Shown here: positions 45,531-54,332 of the stretch, one piece after another
Layout: every line of letters begins with the position of its first letter
How positions within the stretch are numbered: position 1 is the stretch's first letter
Translations under genes and position numbers: made by a program
Assembly (NCBI GenBank): GCA_013815535.1
Contig: JACDGC010000001.1
Location: 451-64,450, forward strand
Direction: 5' to 3'
Source: Ktedonobacterales bacterium
GTDB lineage: Bacteria; Chloroflexota; Ktedonobacteria; Ktedonobacterales; JACDGC01
DNA: 64,000 nucleotides
The notes under the pieces: generated by a model
Seen by the model: only the letters and a program-made list of their open reading frames with translations
Database searches by the model: none
Told to the model about the DNA's origin: nothing

Positions 45531-46037
45531 TTAGCCTTCCCATGGACTCGTCTTATCTTTCCCATAGTGCAGTCGTCCCGCTTGGACATACCACCATAGG
45601 GCCCGCACCGCTTGTACTTGGCGCGCCGCCCCTAATGAGCGAACGATGTAGTGGTCGGCACCCGCGCGAAAGGCCGCGACTTTTTGCTGGACCTGTGCAT
45701 CGTCGCTCATAAAGCAGAGCGCGATACTGGGGTAGGCTGGCGAATGGATCAGGTCGTCAACCACTGGCCAGACTGTGCCATCGGGATACCCGGTCGTGTC
45801 AAGGGTGACGACCTGGGGATGCCAGTCCCCGAGGGCAGCGCAGCCCTCGGCGAGCGTGGACGCGACACGCACGAGAAATACTTCCCGAAAGAGCACGGCT
45901 TGCCGTTCGCCTTCCGCCAGCGTCGCGACATGGCGAGGAGCCGTGGACGGTGTTCGGCAGGGCGCAACTGCTCTCGCTGCGGCAATTGGGTTTGGACCGT
46001 CATAGCATTCCTTTTGGGAGTGGCGCATACTCAGCAC
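45531..46037 (-). CDS. Receiver-like (possibly degenerate) domain protein
   Basis: ...PQVVTLDTTGYPDG...PSIALCFMSDD...AFRAGADHYIVRS resembles a receiver fold with an atypical acidic pocket. The start is uncertain. Confidence 0.4.
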   Translation of the reverse strand: MLSMRHSQKECYDGPNPIAAARAVAPCRTPSTAPRHVATLAEGERQAVLFREVFLVRVASTLAEGCAALGDWHPQVVTLDTTGYPDGTVWPVVDDLIHSPAYPSIALCFMSDDAQVQQKVAAFRAGADHYIVRSLGAARQVQAVRALWWYVQAGRLHYGKDKTSPWEG

Positions 46038-46221
46038 CTACGCTCCCCTTCCGATACTATGCTCCGCGCATGCTGCGCGTGCACGTGATGACGTGGCTCC
46101 TGCGGCGAAGGTCCTCGATGCGGCAGGGGTGGTTGATGCCCCTACTGTGGTGCCAGGAGTTAAAGTACCAGCCTCTCGGCAAGCCCGCAGGCGCACAACC
46201 AGCAAATGGTGTCACGGATCA

Positions 46222-46986
46222 TCAGGCTGGGACCCCCAGGATCGCTACGACTGCCGCGACGATCTGCTCTGCGACTGCTTCTGGACTCTCCAGCATGCAC
46301 TCGTGGCCAGCCGCTAGCTCATGGTAGCGCCAACCATGGTCCTGTGCATAGCGAGCAAAGGGAGCCATCAGTTCGCGCATCACCGCGTTCCCACCCGTGC
46401 AGCGCACATAGGTCAAATGCGGATGCATCGGCGGCGGCATCAAGCGCCGTCCATCCAAAAGTCGCGACGGGAGCAGCGACATGCGAGACGCGACGAACTT
46501 CCGATCCGCGTCTGTATCCAATCCCATAAATTCGACTGGCGGTGGTGGCACCGGTCGATTGAGGAGTACGTTACGCAGAACTTGGCGATACCAGGGCTTG
46601 ATCCAGGCCGGGGGGTGTTTGATCGCGATGAGGTGGGCAAAGTCCACCCCTGGTGTGAAAAATAGGGCATCGAGGAACAACGCGCCACGGATCTGCTGGC
46701 CTATGTCATTGAGGACCCCATTGAGGACGGCCCCCGCATATGAGTGCCCAATGAGATAGGGCTGCTCCAACCCATTGAGGCGAATGTACTCTTCGATTTG
46801 CCGCACATGATCGGATACCCCCAGTTTTGAATAGGGGTGATGACGATACACCGTTGCCGTCTCTCCCATCCCTACGAGGGTGGGGGTATGCACCCGAAAC
46901 CCCTGGGCGATCAGGAGCGGCGTGAGCTTGGCCCAGACCCATGACCCGTGCCAGCCGCCGTGCACAAGCAAAAGATCTTGTGTCAT
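46222..46986 (-). CDS. Alpha/beta hydrolase (esterase-like)
   Basis: LLLVHGGWHGSWVW... and the nucleophile elbow LIGHSYAG. Confidence 0.75.
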   Translation of the reverse strand: MTQDLLLVHGGWHGSWVWAKLTPLLIAQGFRVHTPTLVGMGETATVYRHHPYSKLGVSDHVRQIEEYIRLNGLEQPYLIGHSYAGAVLNGVLNDIGQQIRGALFLDALFFTPGVDFAHLIAIKHPPAWIKPWYRQVLRNVLLNRPVPPPPVEFMGLDTDADRKFVASRMSLLPSRLLDGRRLMPPPMHPHLTYVRCTGGNAVMRELMAPFARYAQDHGWRYHELAAGHECMLESPEAVAEQIVAAVVAILGVPA

Positions 46987-47336
46987 ACTGGCACTCCTTC
47001 TCGCGGCGCAGCAGCAACTCCCGCGCCACCCTCCGTATCATCGCTGGGGAGAAAAAAGGGCATTCCTACTGCTAAGCACAACTCCACGGTCTGCTTCCCC
47101 AAAGCGGTCACCCGAGCATCCGCATCTAACAACCCCTTCTTGGTGAGGAGATGGGCCATCTCGGCCTGGTGCATGGTGAGCGGGAAATACGGGAATGCCG
47201 TGGGGTCAGCGGGGTTGGCGTCCCCAGCGGCATACGCGATCAACAAGTGGTCGCGTTCACTCGGGGTCAACTCAGCTTGTATCGCATTGAGGCGCTTCAG
47301 CAAGCTAATCTGGTCAACCTCGGCATCTTGCGACAT
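46983..47336 (-). CDS. hypothetical protein (117 aa)
   Basis: ATG 47336 (MSQDAEVDQ) is preceded by GGAGG. Its stop overlaps the hydrolase start. The N-terminal extension in the track is rejected. Confidence 0.4.
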   Translation of the reverse strand: MSQDAEVDQISLLKRLNAIQAELTPSERDHLLIAYAAGDANPADPTAFPYFPLTMHQAEMAHLLTKKGLLDADARVTALGKQTVELCLAVGMPFFLPSDDTEGGAGVAAAPREGVPV

Positions 47337-47666
47337 ATGGTGCCTCCAAAATGAACGGCGAAGGTGTGCTACGATAGCAACGCCTCCCCTGAAGTCAGGT
47401 GGGGTAGCATGGCGCGGGGACGGTGAGAGGTTACCGCGCTCTGTTTTCCTGTGGGGGTCCGCGAATGCAGGCTGGCATGTGTTTCTCCTTCCTACCGTTT
47501 GGTTCGTCTCCTCATCGGGGGTGCTGGTGCGCTTGCGAAGCCGCACTCTTGCAAAGCCGATCGTGTTCATGAATTTCCTGAGGTGTTCTTGGTCGCGTGC
47601 GGAGCTGATCGCTGCTACCCTCGGTCAACAGCGTACCTGAGAACATCGCGCGAAATTGGTGCGAGA

Positions 47667-47717
47667 TGACCCAATGCTTGGGTCAAGTTTGACCCAAAGA
47701 TGGGTCCAGTTTTACCG
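47667..47717. repeat. Third, rearranged copy of the GACCCAA/TTGGGTC palindromic motif set
   Basis: atgacccaatgcttgggtcaagtttgacccaaagatgggtccagtttt shares the gacccaat-N-cttgggtcaa, gtttgacccaaa and g(g/a)tccagttt blocks with repeats A and B. ttgggtcaa-gt-ttgacccaa is a palindrome. Confidence 0.7.
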
Positions 47718-47744
47718 GTGCGTACCTCCTGATTCTGATGGGTG

Positions 47745-48305
47745 TTAGGCCAATGCCGTCGTCTCATCTCCGTGTTCCTCATACTCCCGGAGGACCCTGC
47801 TCCAATACTGCTGGGCTGTGGTCTCTTCGGTGGGTGCGAGAGCGAGCTTGTTCAGCCAAAAGCAGGCTTTGCCGTACCAGGGAAGATGCCCGATGACGTG
47901 TGCCATGTCGCGACAGGCGGTGAAGGCGTGTTGAGCTGCGGCACTGCGGTCCAAACGGAGCGATACGATCCCAATGAGATGCTGGGTGAGCATCTGCCCT
48001 GTGGGAAAAGGGGCGTTGCAATAGCACTCCAGGGCTTGCTGGTAGCGATCAAGCGCCAGGTGATAGTTGCGCCGATGATCGGCGATCAGCCCTAGGCCTT
48101 GCAGGGCACGTCCTTGGTCGGCACTGTCCCCGGCATCGCGGGCGCAGCTGAGGCTCAGGGTGAAGGCCGCTTCAGCCCCTGCCAAGTCGCGCGCTGCTAT
48201 GGCACCCAATGCCCGGGTAAAAGCGCAACGGCCCTCCTCTTGGTGAGAGGAGCGCGTGGGAAGGGGGAGTTGCCTGGGATCATCGTGGGAATCAGGGGTC
48301 ATCAC
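47745..48305 (-). CDS. TPR-repeat protein
   Basis: Repeated A/L/Y-rich helical pairs (ALQGLGLIADHRRNYHLALDRYQQALECY...). Confidence 0.5.
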   Translation of the reverse strand: MMTPDSHDDPRQLPLPTRSSHQEEGRCAFTRALGAIAARDLAGAEAAFTLSLSCARDAGDSADQGRALQGLGLIADHRRNYHLALDRYQQALECYCNAPFPTGQMLTQHLIGIVSLRLDRSAAAQHAFTACRDMAHVIGHLPWYGKACFWLNKLALAPTEETTAQQYWSRVLREYEEHGDETTALA

Positions 48306-48392
48306 CGTGTCGCCTCCGGTACGGGAGCATTCATTGGGGGTGATTGAGTAGGTTCAGACGGCGGCGGGTCGCCGCGACATCCTCTGGCGTTG

Positions 48393-48665
48393 CTACAAGG
48401 TCAGGGCAGCGTGCCACGCTTGGCATGCCTCTTCAGGGTGGTGTAGCGCGTAGGCAACATCGCCGAGCCAATCGGCGGTCTCAGCTTCCCAATATCCTTT
48501 GGCGACCTGGGTTGTCAGTTGCCGTGATGCCATCGAATGAAAGATTTTTTGCAGCACTTGGGGATCAGAAAGCTGCGCCAGCCTTGGGTGCGGCGCAAAG
48601 TGTGTGATCGGTGGCGAATGTTGAGGCGATGGTGGCGCGATGATGATAGGTTGCGACCAAGTCAT
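48393..48665 (-). CDS. hypothetical protein (90 aa)
   Basis: ORF only. Confidence 0.3.
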   Translation of the reverse strand: MTWSQPIIIAPPSPQHSPPITHFAPHPRLAQLSDPQVLQKIFHSMASRQLTTQVAKGYWEAETADWLGDVAYALHHPEEACQAWHAALTL

Positions 48666-48680
48666 GGCAGCGCTCCTTCT

Positions 48681-49598
48681 CTACGCAGCGCGTCGCGCCA
48701 CGGCGCAGGTGAGTTGCACCGCCGTTTTCTTGCCTTGTTGCGAGTCGGCTTCTGCTTCCACGAGCCAATCTGCCCAACGGGTCGCGGTAATGGGGGAATG
48801 GTTCCAGGTGATTCCACTTTGGCTGATCGGGACCGTGACCCGTTTGAGGACGGCGAGATAGTCCGTCACCATCAGGGATCCCCCAGGTGTGCCGCGTGGG
48901 CGGCCAAAGCGGACCTGACGGGTCATGATGCGTGGGGAACTGAATCCAGATGCACTGAAGATGGTGCGGAGATGTGGTCCGGCACCGGGGTAAATGCCGA
49001 CGCTGTCAGCGAGTTGGGTAAAGATGCGGGTCAAGGTGGTCATGGCCTGGCTCTCACTTACTACGACCCCAAAATCGCGGACTTCGACAAACCCCCCTGG
49101 CCGCGTGACACGAGCGGCTTCACGGAGAAAGGCGGGCCAGTGAGCGCGTGGGACAAAGGCAGAACAGGCCCGCATCATGACATACGAGAATGCTGCATCC
49201 CCAAAAGGGAAGCGATCTAGTGCGTCACCCGCGATGAGGAGACAATTGTCGGGTCTTTCGCTGGATGTGGTGGCAGCGGGCAATTGTTTATCGAACCCAA
49301 CGACATTTGCTCCGAAGGGAGCGAGTTCTTTGGCCTGCTGTATGGCCCAAAACCCGGTGCCACAAGCCACATCGAGCAGTTCGATGGGCTGGGGCAGCAC
49401 CTGCACTGGCACGGCGCGATCAGAGCCGAACTCGCGCGCGAACATGAAGTGTTGGAGATTCAGGCGCATCGCCTCGCCCTGGTCGTTGCTGATGAAAAAA
49501 TAGCGATGATCTTCCGCTGATGTCTGGGTGGGCATCCCCAAACGGCGTGTAGCGCGTCGGCGCCGTGTGAGCCAGGTGAACATGGTATGTGCATGCAT
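48681..49598 (-). CDS. Class I SAM-dependent methyltransferase
   Basis: Motif I LLDVACGTGFWAIQ, then VVGFD. The start is uncertain (ATG 49598 or an upstream alternative at 49691). Confidence 0.7.
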   Translation of the reverse strand: MHAHTMFTWLTRRRRATRRLGMPTQTSAEDHRYFFISNDQGEAMRLNLQHFMFAREFGSDRAVPVQVLPQPIELLDVACGTGFWAIQQAKELAPFGANVVGFDKQLPAATTSSERPDNCLLIAGDALDRFPFGDAAFSYVMMRACSAFVPRAHWPAFLREAARVTRPGGFVEVRDFGVVVSESQAMTTLTRIFTQLADSVGIYPGAGPHLRTIFSASGFSSPRIMTRQVRFGRPRGTPGGSLMVTDYLAVLKRVTVPISQSGITWNHSPITATRWADWLVEAEADSQQGKKTAVQLTCAVARRAA

Positions 49599-49886
49599 GA
49601 TGGCAGCTTCGCCGTCGGCGCATGCTCCTGCCTTTCTCTGCTGTGTGCCCTCCAAGCGATAGCGAAGGGCAATGGTGAGTAAACAGATCATGCCTGCTTA
49701 CATCAGTGTACGAGTCAATGGCAAATTTGTCAACATCACTTTTATGTCTGTAGTGTTGACGTATGTAGTTCGTGTAATTGCCGCTCCTTTGCCGTGCGTG
49801 ATGAGTCAGGATCTTTCTCCTATCGCGTCTTGCCTGTATCGGGGGAAATGTGGCATGATAGGCCGAGCGAGGGAGATACGAGGGAA

Positions 49887-50489
49887 ATGCCGCATGATGC
49901 CAATGAGCGACTACGTCTGACCGAGGCGGCGGCTCTCTATGGCCGCCATCCCGAAACCCTCCGACGGTGGATTTCCCAAAAGCGTTTGCAGGGGGAATTG
50001 GTCGGAGGCATTTGGTATGTACAGCGTCGGGAAGTGGAACAGGTAGCGGGTCCGACTCTTCGAGCGCATTTCGAGCAACTTCAGCAAGAGATTCGTCGCC
50101 TTGAAGGCGATCTGGCGGAAGCCCAAACGACGCTGGCCGCCCAGGCGCAGCAACTGCAGGTGATTACGCGCTATCTGCGCGAGAGCGGGCTGCCCCTGGC
50201 AACCACGACTCCGAGGCGCATACGACGCACACGCCCTCATCCACCCGCTGCGCTGATGAAAAAGGGGACGGCGTTGCACTGGCTGGAGGAACATGGCATA
50301 CCACCCGAAACAAGTCGGCACTGGAAATTGCCGAAAGAACCTGATGGAAGCTTTGAGAAACGGCATATCCTTGAATGGGCCCTCCAACACCTCGATGACA
50401 TTGGCTTTCGTCGGCGCAAATTGCAACTGATCCGCTGTTATGACCCGCTGGATGTATGTGTGCAACTCTTACCGCTACCTGAGCCGTGA
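49887..50489 (+). CDS. Excisionase/MerR-type HTH DNA-binding protein with a coiled coil
   Basis: LRLTEAAALYGRHPETLRRWISQKRLQGELVGGIWYVQRREVEQ is an HTH_17-like pattern. The preferred start is ATG 49887. Confidence 0.5.
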   Translation: MPHDANERLRLTEAAALYGRHPETLRRWISQKRLQGELVGGIWYVQRREVEQVAGPTLRAHFEQLQQEIRRLEGDLAEAQTTLAAQAQQLQVITRYLRESGLPLATTTPRRIRRTRPHPPAALMKKGTALHWLEEHGIPPETSRHWKLPKEPDGSFEKRHILEWALQHLDDIGFRRRKLQLIRCYDPLDVCVQLLPLPEP

Positions 50490-50512
50490 TGGGATGACAA
50501 GGCCTAACTGCC

Positions 50513-50794
50513 CTACCAGCGTGACGGGCGTGTGCCAAACGCGAAGCGCGGATCAAGGTCTGAACCACGTTTGGCGGTGATGTGGACATACACCTGCTCT
50601 CCGCCGATCACGGCGACGATGAGCGCGACGGTGTGGAGCGTTTCCGCGAGGGTCGCATCGTCCTCATCGCGGTCTTTGGCGAGGAGATAGCGACCAATAT
50701 CCTGGGCTAATTGTTGACGGAGCACGGCATCAATGGTGCTGAGATACGCCGTCCCCTCGCTCATCGATGCCGAACTGGTGAGTGCTTTTGCCAT
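50513..50794 (-). CDS. hypothetical protein (93 aa)
   Basis: ATG 50794 is preceded by GTGAGGAG. Confidence 0.35.
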   Translation of the reverse strand: MAKALTSSASMSEGTAYLSTIDAVLRQQLAQDIGRYLLAKDRDEDDATLAETLHTVALIVAVIGGEQVYVHITAKRGSDLDPRFAFGTRPSRW

Positions 50795-50912
50795 TGACTC
50801 CTCACTTTTTTGTCGAGGCCTGGCTGCTAGGCGAGCCAGGAAGAGTTCATCATGGGATGAAGTTCGGTGATGAGCCAACAGGGAGTCGGCTCATCGACAT
50901 TGGAACATTAAA

Positions 50913-50934
50913 ACATCGGAACATGTTCCGATGT
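50913..50934. promoter_or_regulatory. 22-bp perfect palindrome (candidate operator) in an AT-rich divergent intergenic region
   Basis: acatcggaaca|tgttccgatgt. An extra GGAACAT half-site sits at 50902-50908. It lies between divergent genes 50513-50794 (-) and 51117-51359 (+). Confidence 0.45.
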
Positions 50935-51116
50935 AAAAATGCTAACATTTTATACTGTCATTGTCAAGAGGAGATCATAAGTTGGTGTGGCATTGAGAAA
51001 GATGCAGGTGTTTTTCCATCAGCGAACATTTTTAACTGCAAGCATGATATACTGTTCCTACAGCACAGCCCGCACACCAGCAGTAAATTTCCTGACAACA
51101 TAAGGGTGGGGAGATT

Positions 51117-51359
51117 ATGCCATCCAACTCAGATAGCCGCCCGACGCGGACGGTTTCATTGGACATCGGACAAGCAAATGGCTTGAAACGGTTAGCGCTT
51201 GAACTTTCAGAACAACGTGGTAAGCCTGTCACCGTGCGCGACTTAGTTCGCGACGCAGTTGCCAGGTTGCTGAAAGAGCATAACATCATCGTTGCCGAGA
51301 CTTTGACGAAAGATGCGGAGCCCCCCAAAAAGCGGGGACCACGTCCCAAAAGTGGATAG
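51117..51359 (+). CDS. Ribbon-helix-helix (CopG/Arc/ParG-like) DNA-binding protein
   Basis: TRTVSLDIGQANGLKRLALELSEQRGKPVTVRDLVRDAVARLLKEH fits a beta-strand, helix, helix pattern. Confidence 0.45.
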   Translation: MPSNSDSRPTRTVSLDIGQANGLKRLALELSEQRGKPVTVRDLVRDAVARLLKEHNIIVAETLTKDAEPPKKRGPRPKSG

Positions 51360-51362
51360 CAG

Positions 51363-52625
51363 CTAACGCACTTGCACGTGCGGGATCTCGGCCCATTGGG
51401 TGAGGGCGCGTGGGGAGCGATAATCCCCCTTGCTGGCCCAGGGCCGCGCGAAGCCCGTGCCGAGGTAGCGTATCGCCTCACGACCGAATCGCTGGCAAAT
51501 CGCATCCAGGGTCATCATCAATTGTCGCTCGCGTGCCGACGGGAAATGGGGCGCGAAGAGGGTGCCCTGGGCCGGGTCCTCGGCCACGAACTCCCGCAAA
51601 GCGATACCGACTCGATGGAACGGATAGGGGCGATAGATGCGCTCCAGGCCGCCCAGCGCTGCGGCAAGGATGGTGGGGGTGTACGCTGTCGGGCGGTCGA
51701 GGCGAATGGTGATGCTGTTGCTGTACTGTGGCTCGCGTTTGCGAAAGGGATTGGTGGCCACATGGACACTGATCAGTCCGGCACAACGGTGCTCGGCGCG
51801 CAGTTTCTCACAGGCGCGCGCCGTGTAGAACGACAAGGCTTCGCGCAGCTGCTCCACCTCGGTGACGGGGCGACCAAAGGCGCGCGACACGAGGATCTCC
51901 TGCTTCGTGGCCCTGGCCGTGATCAGGGGGAAAGCAGGCTGACCGCGTAATTCGAGCTGAGTCCGGGCCGAAACGACGGAGAGGTGTTGACGAATCCACC
52001 AGGTGGGGGCATTCGCAAACGCCTGCGCTGTGGTGATGCCCTGGTGCTTGAGCCAGCTGCTCTTGCGGGAACCCAGCCCCCAAACATCCTCCACCGACAA
52101 CGTTGCTAGCAGGTCGTCGATCTCCGTCGGTGTCGTCACGGCATAGACCCCTGTGGTCTGTTTCGCGCGCTCGATGGCCGCCTTGGCCAGGGTCTTGGTT
52201 GGGCCGATACCGAGTGAGGTGCGGATCCCCGTCCAGGTGGCCACGGTCTTCTTGATGAGCTGGCCGTAAGCGTCGGCGGTGCGGGGGTCGATATGTTCCA
52301 TTGACATAAATACTTCGTCACAACTATATTCTTCCAGGCTAGGTGTGAAATGGGAGCAGGACCAGACGAGGCGACGACTCATCACCTCGTAGGTGGGCCA
52401 GCAGCCGCTGCGCGCGATGAGGGTGCCCGCGTTGATGAGGGGAGCCAGCTCATGGCGCGGCGTCGTCATCTTAATTCCTAATAATTTTGCTTCCTTGCTC
52501 CGCGCGATGACATTTCCATCATTGTTTGAGAGGACCACGACCGCTTTGCCGCGCAAGCGCGCATCGAGTAACTGTTCCGTTCCCGCGAAGAAATTGTCGC
52601 CATCTGCCACACCAATAAGACTCAT
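51363..52625 (-). CDS. umuC: Y-family DNA polymerase, UmuC-like (Pol V catalytic subunit)
   Basis: GKAVVVLSNNDGNVIARSKEAKLLGIKM, YSCDEVF and IGPTKTLAKAA closely parallel E. coli UmuC motifs. Its start overlaps the stop of the UmuD-like gene. Confidence 0.85.
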   Translation of the reverse strand: MSLIGVADGDNFFAGTEQLLDARLRGKAVVVLSNNDGNVIARSKEAKLLGIKMTTPRHELAPLINAGTLIARSGCWPTYEVMSRRLVWSCSHFTPSLEEYSCDEVFMSMEHIDPRTADAYGQLIKKTVATWTGIRTSLGIGPTKTLAKAAIERAKQTTGVYAVTTPTEIDDLLATLSVEDVWGLGSRKSSWLKHQGITTAQAFANAPTWWIRQHLSVVSARTQLELRGQPAFPLITARATKQEILVSRAFGRPVTEVEQLREALSFYTARACEKLRAEHRCAGLISVHVATNPFRKREPQYSNSITIRLDRPTAYTPTILAAALGGLERIYRPYPFHRVGIALREFVAEDPAQGTLFAPHFPSARERQLMMTLDAICQRFGREAIRYLGTGFARPWASKGDYRSPRALTQWAEIPHVQVR

Positions 52626-53059
52626 TATTCAGCCTCCCAAGCTCGGCGCGGAACGGTATGCAGAATATGCGTCACGACCCCGAACAGGAGCGTGCTATCT
52701 TCGAGGGGGATGGGGGTGCTGCCTTCCGTGTCGGCCACCAGGTACCAGCGCCCATCACGACGTTTGAGCCACCGTACGATGAATTCCTCCGCATCGATGG
52801 CGACGACGAGTGTGCCATTGCTGAATGGTTCCACGCGGTCAATGATGAGGATGTCCCCCTCCAAAATTTGGACCGTCTCGGTGCTGACACCCGTAGCGCG
52901 AAAATAAAAGACGGCATGGGGATGTTTGACCACGAGGTCGTGCAGATTCAGCTCGCGTTCCTGATGCTCGCTTGGTTGGCTAGTAAAGCCCGTTTTCGGG
53001 CGGGACGGGGGGAGCGGATTGTCGGACGCGCCCGCCTGGCCGAGCGGATCAAGCGGCAT
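52625..53059 (-). CDS. umuD: UmuD-like S24 peptidase
   Basis: FRATGVSTETVQILEGDILIID (compare GDSM...GD.v.VD; Ser retained, Met replaced) and the Lys region FIVRWLKRRDG. A possible Ala-Gly cleavage site is present (LGQAGAS). Confidence 0.7.
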   Translation of the reverse strand: MPLDPLGQAGASDNPLPPSRPKTGFTSQPSEHQERELNLHDLVVKHPHAVFYFRATGVSTETVQILEGDILIIDRVEPFSNGTLVVAIDAEEFIVRWLKRRDGRWYLVADTEGSTPIPLEDSTLLFGVVTHILHTVPRRAWEAE

Positions 53060-53078
53060 AGCGGTCCCCCTCTTTTAC

Positions 53079-53090
53079 GAATATATGTTC
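53079..53090 (-). promoter_or_regulatory. SOS (LexA/Cheo-type) box candidate upstream of umuD
   Basis: The minus strand reads GAACATATATTC (GAAC-N4-(G/A)TTC), 20 nt upstream of the umuD start, within TTGAACATATATTCGTAA. Confidence 0.5.
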
Positions 53091-53197
53091 AACCTACCAT
53101 AACTATAGATCGGAGGAGCAAGGCACTTTGCGTAGGGAGTAAGAAGGGGACTTCTGCGCTAGCACAAATGTTCGGTTTATGCCAATTGCTGTAGGAC

Positions 53198-53497
53198 ATG
53201 AAAGAACGGATGAATAGCCAAAGGAGTTTTCGCATGATACACGATCTCACCATTCTCCCACTGCCTAACAACTCCAACGTGTATGCCGCGCTCCGTATGT
53301 TCGCTGAAGATGATCCTTGCGCGGGCATCTTCGCACGCGGTGTCTTGCAAGCGTTTGGGCAGCAAATCCCTGACGACCATCACGCTCGCCTGCGTGCCTT
53401 GCTCGCTGTGTGGGATACGGTGCCCCTGGAGCATGCCGTGGTCGTCTACGATCCTGCCGTGATAGCTGCGGCGCGCGCTCAAGTGTATTCGCAGTGA
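53198..53497 (+). CDS. hypothetical protein (start uncertain)
   Basis: ORF only. An alternative start is MIHDLT at 53234. Confidence 0.3.
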   Translation: MKERMNSQRSFRMIHDLTILPLPNNSNVYAALRMFAEDDPCAGIFARGVLQAFGQQIPDDHHARLRALLAVWDTVPLEHAVVVYDPAVIAAARAQVYSQ

Positions 53498-53607
53498 CGT
53501 GCGTACAGCGGTACCGCAAAATTGACAGAGGGCCAGCCCACTTGTTCAGGGGAATAGATGGGTTGGCTCCTCACCTACTATTCTTGTAAGCAAGCTCGAA
53601 TTATGCT

Positions 53608-54015
53608 ATGCTCCCTTGCAGCAACGACCGGCCCAATGGGGCTGTTTGTAGTTCAATCAAGCAGTGGCATGGCGTGAGGAGCTTTTGCGTGCAGGAGCGC
53701 AGTAAATTGCAGCGCTGGAACCAGGGAGTCATTCGGCGGAGTCAGCGCTATGCGTGGTATGGGCATTTAGGCCTGAGCACCACTCTTGTTATCGTCAGCA
53801 TCGGCCTGATCTTGCATGCCTTTTTTTCCCAATTCTGGCGTGCGGCTTGCCGTGCTACGGTCGTGATACTCGTTGTCAGTAGTGCTGCAAGCCTTTTCTG
53901 TTATGCACGCTCGCTGCTGTTCCGGCGGCAGATGCTGACCCCGCAGGAGATCGCCGCCTTAGTTGAGGCGCGCAACCATGCCGCAGATTCTTCTTTGGAG
54001 GAAGACCCCTATTGA
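53608..54015 (+). CDS. hypothetical membrane protein (two TM segments)
   Basis: LGLSTTLVIVSIGLILHAFF and ATVVILVVSSAASLFCY. Confidence 0.3.
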   Translation: MLPCSNDRPNGAVCSSIKQWHGVRSFCVQERSKLQRWNQGVIRRSQRYAWYGHLGLSTTLVIVSIGLILHAFFSQFWRAACRATVVILVVSSAASLFCYARSLLFRRQMLTPQEIAALVEARNHAADSSLEEDPY

Positions 54016-54046
54016 CACTGCCGGTGCCTATTAGGTTTTCAATTTG

Positions 54047-54283
54047 CTACTCATTACGTGCATCCCGCGCGATGATTTTGAGCCAGCCTGCCCGCTCGTG
54101 CTCATGATCCTTTGTCTGAGCTGCCGCCAGATTCCTGACAATTTCTGCTGAGAGGTGAATGTCATATGCCCATTGCAGCAACTTCGCACGCATAGGGCTA
54201 CCATCCTTTAGCTTCAGCGCCGCCGCTTTCATTTCGGTAGCCACGCGCTGCATTTTTGTTAGATCCTCATCAATCGCGCTCAC
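54047..54283 (-). CDS. hypothetical helical protein (78 aa)
   Basis: ORF downstream of the WD40 gene on the same strand. Confidence 0.35.
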   Translation of the reverse strand: MSAIDEDLTKMQRVATEMKAAALKLKDGSPMRAKLLQWAYDIHLSAEIVRNLAAAQTKDHEHERAGWLKIIARDARNE

Positions 54284-54332
54284 GGCTCAATTTCCTCCTA
54301 CGTTATCCATGGGGAGTAATCACGATGTGGTT

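Noticed and set aside
50913-50934. Reading the 22-bp palindrome as a canonical LexA/Cheo box.
   Set aside because: The core is GAAC-N2-GTTC, not GAAC-N4-GTTC. It is kept only as a generic operator candidate. The better SOS-box candidate is at 53079-53090.
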